This document shows positions 62,255 through 64,000 of a stretch of DNA of 64,000 bases, piece by piece; position 1 is the first letter of the stretch; every line of letters begins with the position of its first letter. A program made the position numbers and the translations under genes. The DNA lies in NCBI GenBank assembly GCA_973895155.1, contig OZ316896.1, forward strand, positions 15,500,576 through 15,564,575, given 5' to 3'. The notes under the pieces are model-generated. The model ran no database searches and had not been told where the DNA came from. It saw nothing but the letters and a program-made list of their open reading frames with translations. The DNA comes from Marsupella aquatica. Lineage: Eukaryota; Plantae; Marchantiophyta.

Positions 62255-63495
62255 ATAAATGATCAACTCCAGAGCATGCACCTCTATAGGGTAAATTTGC
62301 CTTGAATCAGAAAGTTAAACCATCCAAAGAGAGATAGACTATCAACTCCACAGCATACACCTCTATAGGGTAGCCCACAAGGGGGTCATACCCACACCAA
62401 GAGAGAGAGGGTCATACCCACACCAAGAGAGAGAGCTAATTTACCTGGTCAGATGGTTCACGTCTGATCCTTTTGGGCAATTCAGTAGTAGTATAGCGTT
62501 ACGAGTTGTGATTCTAATCGTTTTGGGCTTTGCAGTAGTAGCCTAGCATTACTACTTGTGATTCAAATCATTTTGGGCGATTCAGTAGTGGCCTAGCGAT
62601 AGGACTTGTGATTCTGTCCAGCAAGTTAAATCAATCCTGTATTTGTCCTCTTCGAAAAATTGGCATGGAATAATGGTGACGCATGGGAGGTGGGAGGGGC
62701 GAAGATTATCGGGGCGGGGAGGAAACGCTCTTCTTCTGAAAAAGTTTCAATCTGGAATTTTTTTACAAAAAGATGTCCCAAAACATCACCTACACTTTTT
62801 ATGCACCAACTAAAGCGTTTTCGAAGCATATCCACCACATTTAAGTATGAGCATCCGCTTTCATGACCATTCGCTTGAAACGTCCCTACTGATCCATGAC
62901 CTACCTATTGCAGCCGCCCTGGTTTCAAATGGTGTTCACTCAAAACTCGAGCTTCCGGGCTCTTTGGTGAGCAATTCTCGACAGAAAGAAGGGGCATGGG
63001 GACAGACGGATGTGTAAAGTCTCATGCTCAAGCAGAGAATACTCTCGATGCAATGAATCTGGTCTCGTGTATACGCAAAAATGGATGGACGGCTTTGTTG
63101 ATCTATCGATCGCGGCAGCAGAAATCCTAAACCCTTAAACTCTATCCAGCTCATGCAATTCTGTACTTCTCCATATATTCTACGGAGCACTTGCCAAACC
63201 ACACGTTCGTGTGATGATGTCACAAATGGGCTCGAGCAGCAATCGTTTAATTCCACCAGTGAGTTCTCGACAGACTGACGCAAATTCTCTCCCATCAAGA
63301 GTTGTCTGCAACTTCGCCTTTCTAGTGTCTGACAGCGAAGCTCGCTGGAGGCTGGAGATTATTCTACTAAAAAACCCGGCAAAAGGTCTGGGCTGCCACA
63401 GGCTACTCCACCTGAATTGTCGCCGCTACTGTGGACCCATAGTTCAAAAGACGGAATTTAAATTGACCGAGTCATATTCCCACTCGACATTGTCT

Positions 63496-64000
63496 TCAGA
63501 CCTCCGTGGTCGGCTCCCGGTCACGCTCCTCGTGACTCTGTCTCACACATTCGGCTACTTTCATTTCAGGTAAAGCACTGTCATCTACTTTCGCTTCAGG
63601 TGCGGCATTGTCAGCTCTGGTGGCAAGGGGAGAATTCTTCGTACCTTTCTCCATGCTACACTGCGATAGAGTAGATTGTCTACTCCTCGGCCCATCAGGT
63701 GGTTTAGACTTCTTGGCAGTACATGTTTTTGCTACATCTTTCAGCGCTACGATCAGGGCTTCCATTCCCTTCAGAGCAGCGCAATTGCTGAAATCGCCAT
63801 CACACATCTGGGGCTCCACCAGGTCTTCAGAACAAGTGCCTGAAAGATCGCCAAAGGTGGAGAGGCTCAAGCTTTAATATCCGGCAGGGGACGAACAACT
63901 GCAGAAGAAATAGCGCATTTGTCAATGTTTGATAATACCTGAACCGAGACTACCATTCATTGGCTCGTAGGCCCCGTTCGTACCCTCCATAGCGCTCAAG
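63496..64000 (-). CDS. Probable last two coding exons of an unidentified gene running off the window edge
   Basis: An open frame LSAMEGTNGAYEPMNGSLGS ends at a G|GTATT donor (63938). The acceptor TTTCAG| at 63840 continues in frame into GTCSEDLVEPQ...EPTTEV* (stop at 63496). An alternative acceptor near 63900 would give VVRPLPDIKA*. No recognisable domain. Confidence 0.45.

Overview
Eukaryotic land-plant genomic DNA. The gene style looks bryophyte/liverwort-like, but the species cannot be determined from the sequence. Host genes: (1) a ~20-exon minus-strand gene for a signal-peptide/J-like/thioredoxin-fold membrane protein (7267-14964) whose HPD motif reads NPE; (2) an intronless small plant-specific ORF (22618-23049); (3) a 5-exon plus-strand gene (56312-59127) with Sororin-like motifs and a tandem array of CDK consensus sites; (4) the probable 3' end of another gene at the window edge. 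The rest is transposon-rich. It holds an ~8.5 kb Helitron with an intron-containing RepHel broken by in-frame stops, plus at least four non-autonomous relatives sharing its 3' terminus and subterminal minisatellite. It also holds a 5'-truncated CRE-like non-LTR element, a very young non-coding Bianca-type LTR element with identical LTRs and an extended half-tRNA-Ile PBS, and a full-length degenerate Ty1/copia lacking a TSD. All calls come from reading the sequence by eye; no database searches were run.
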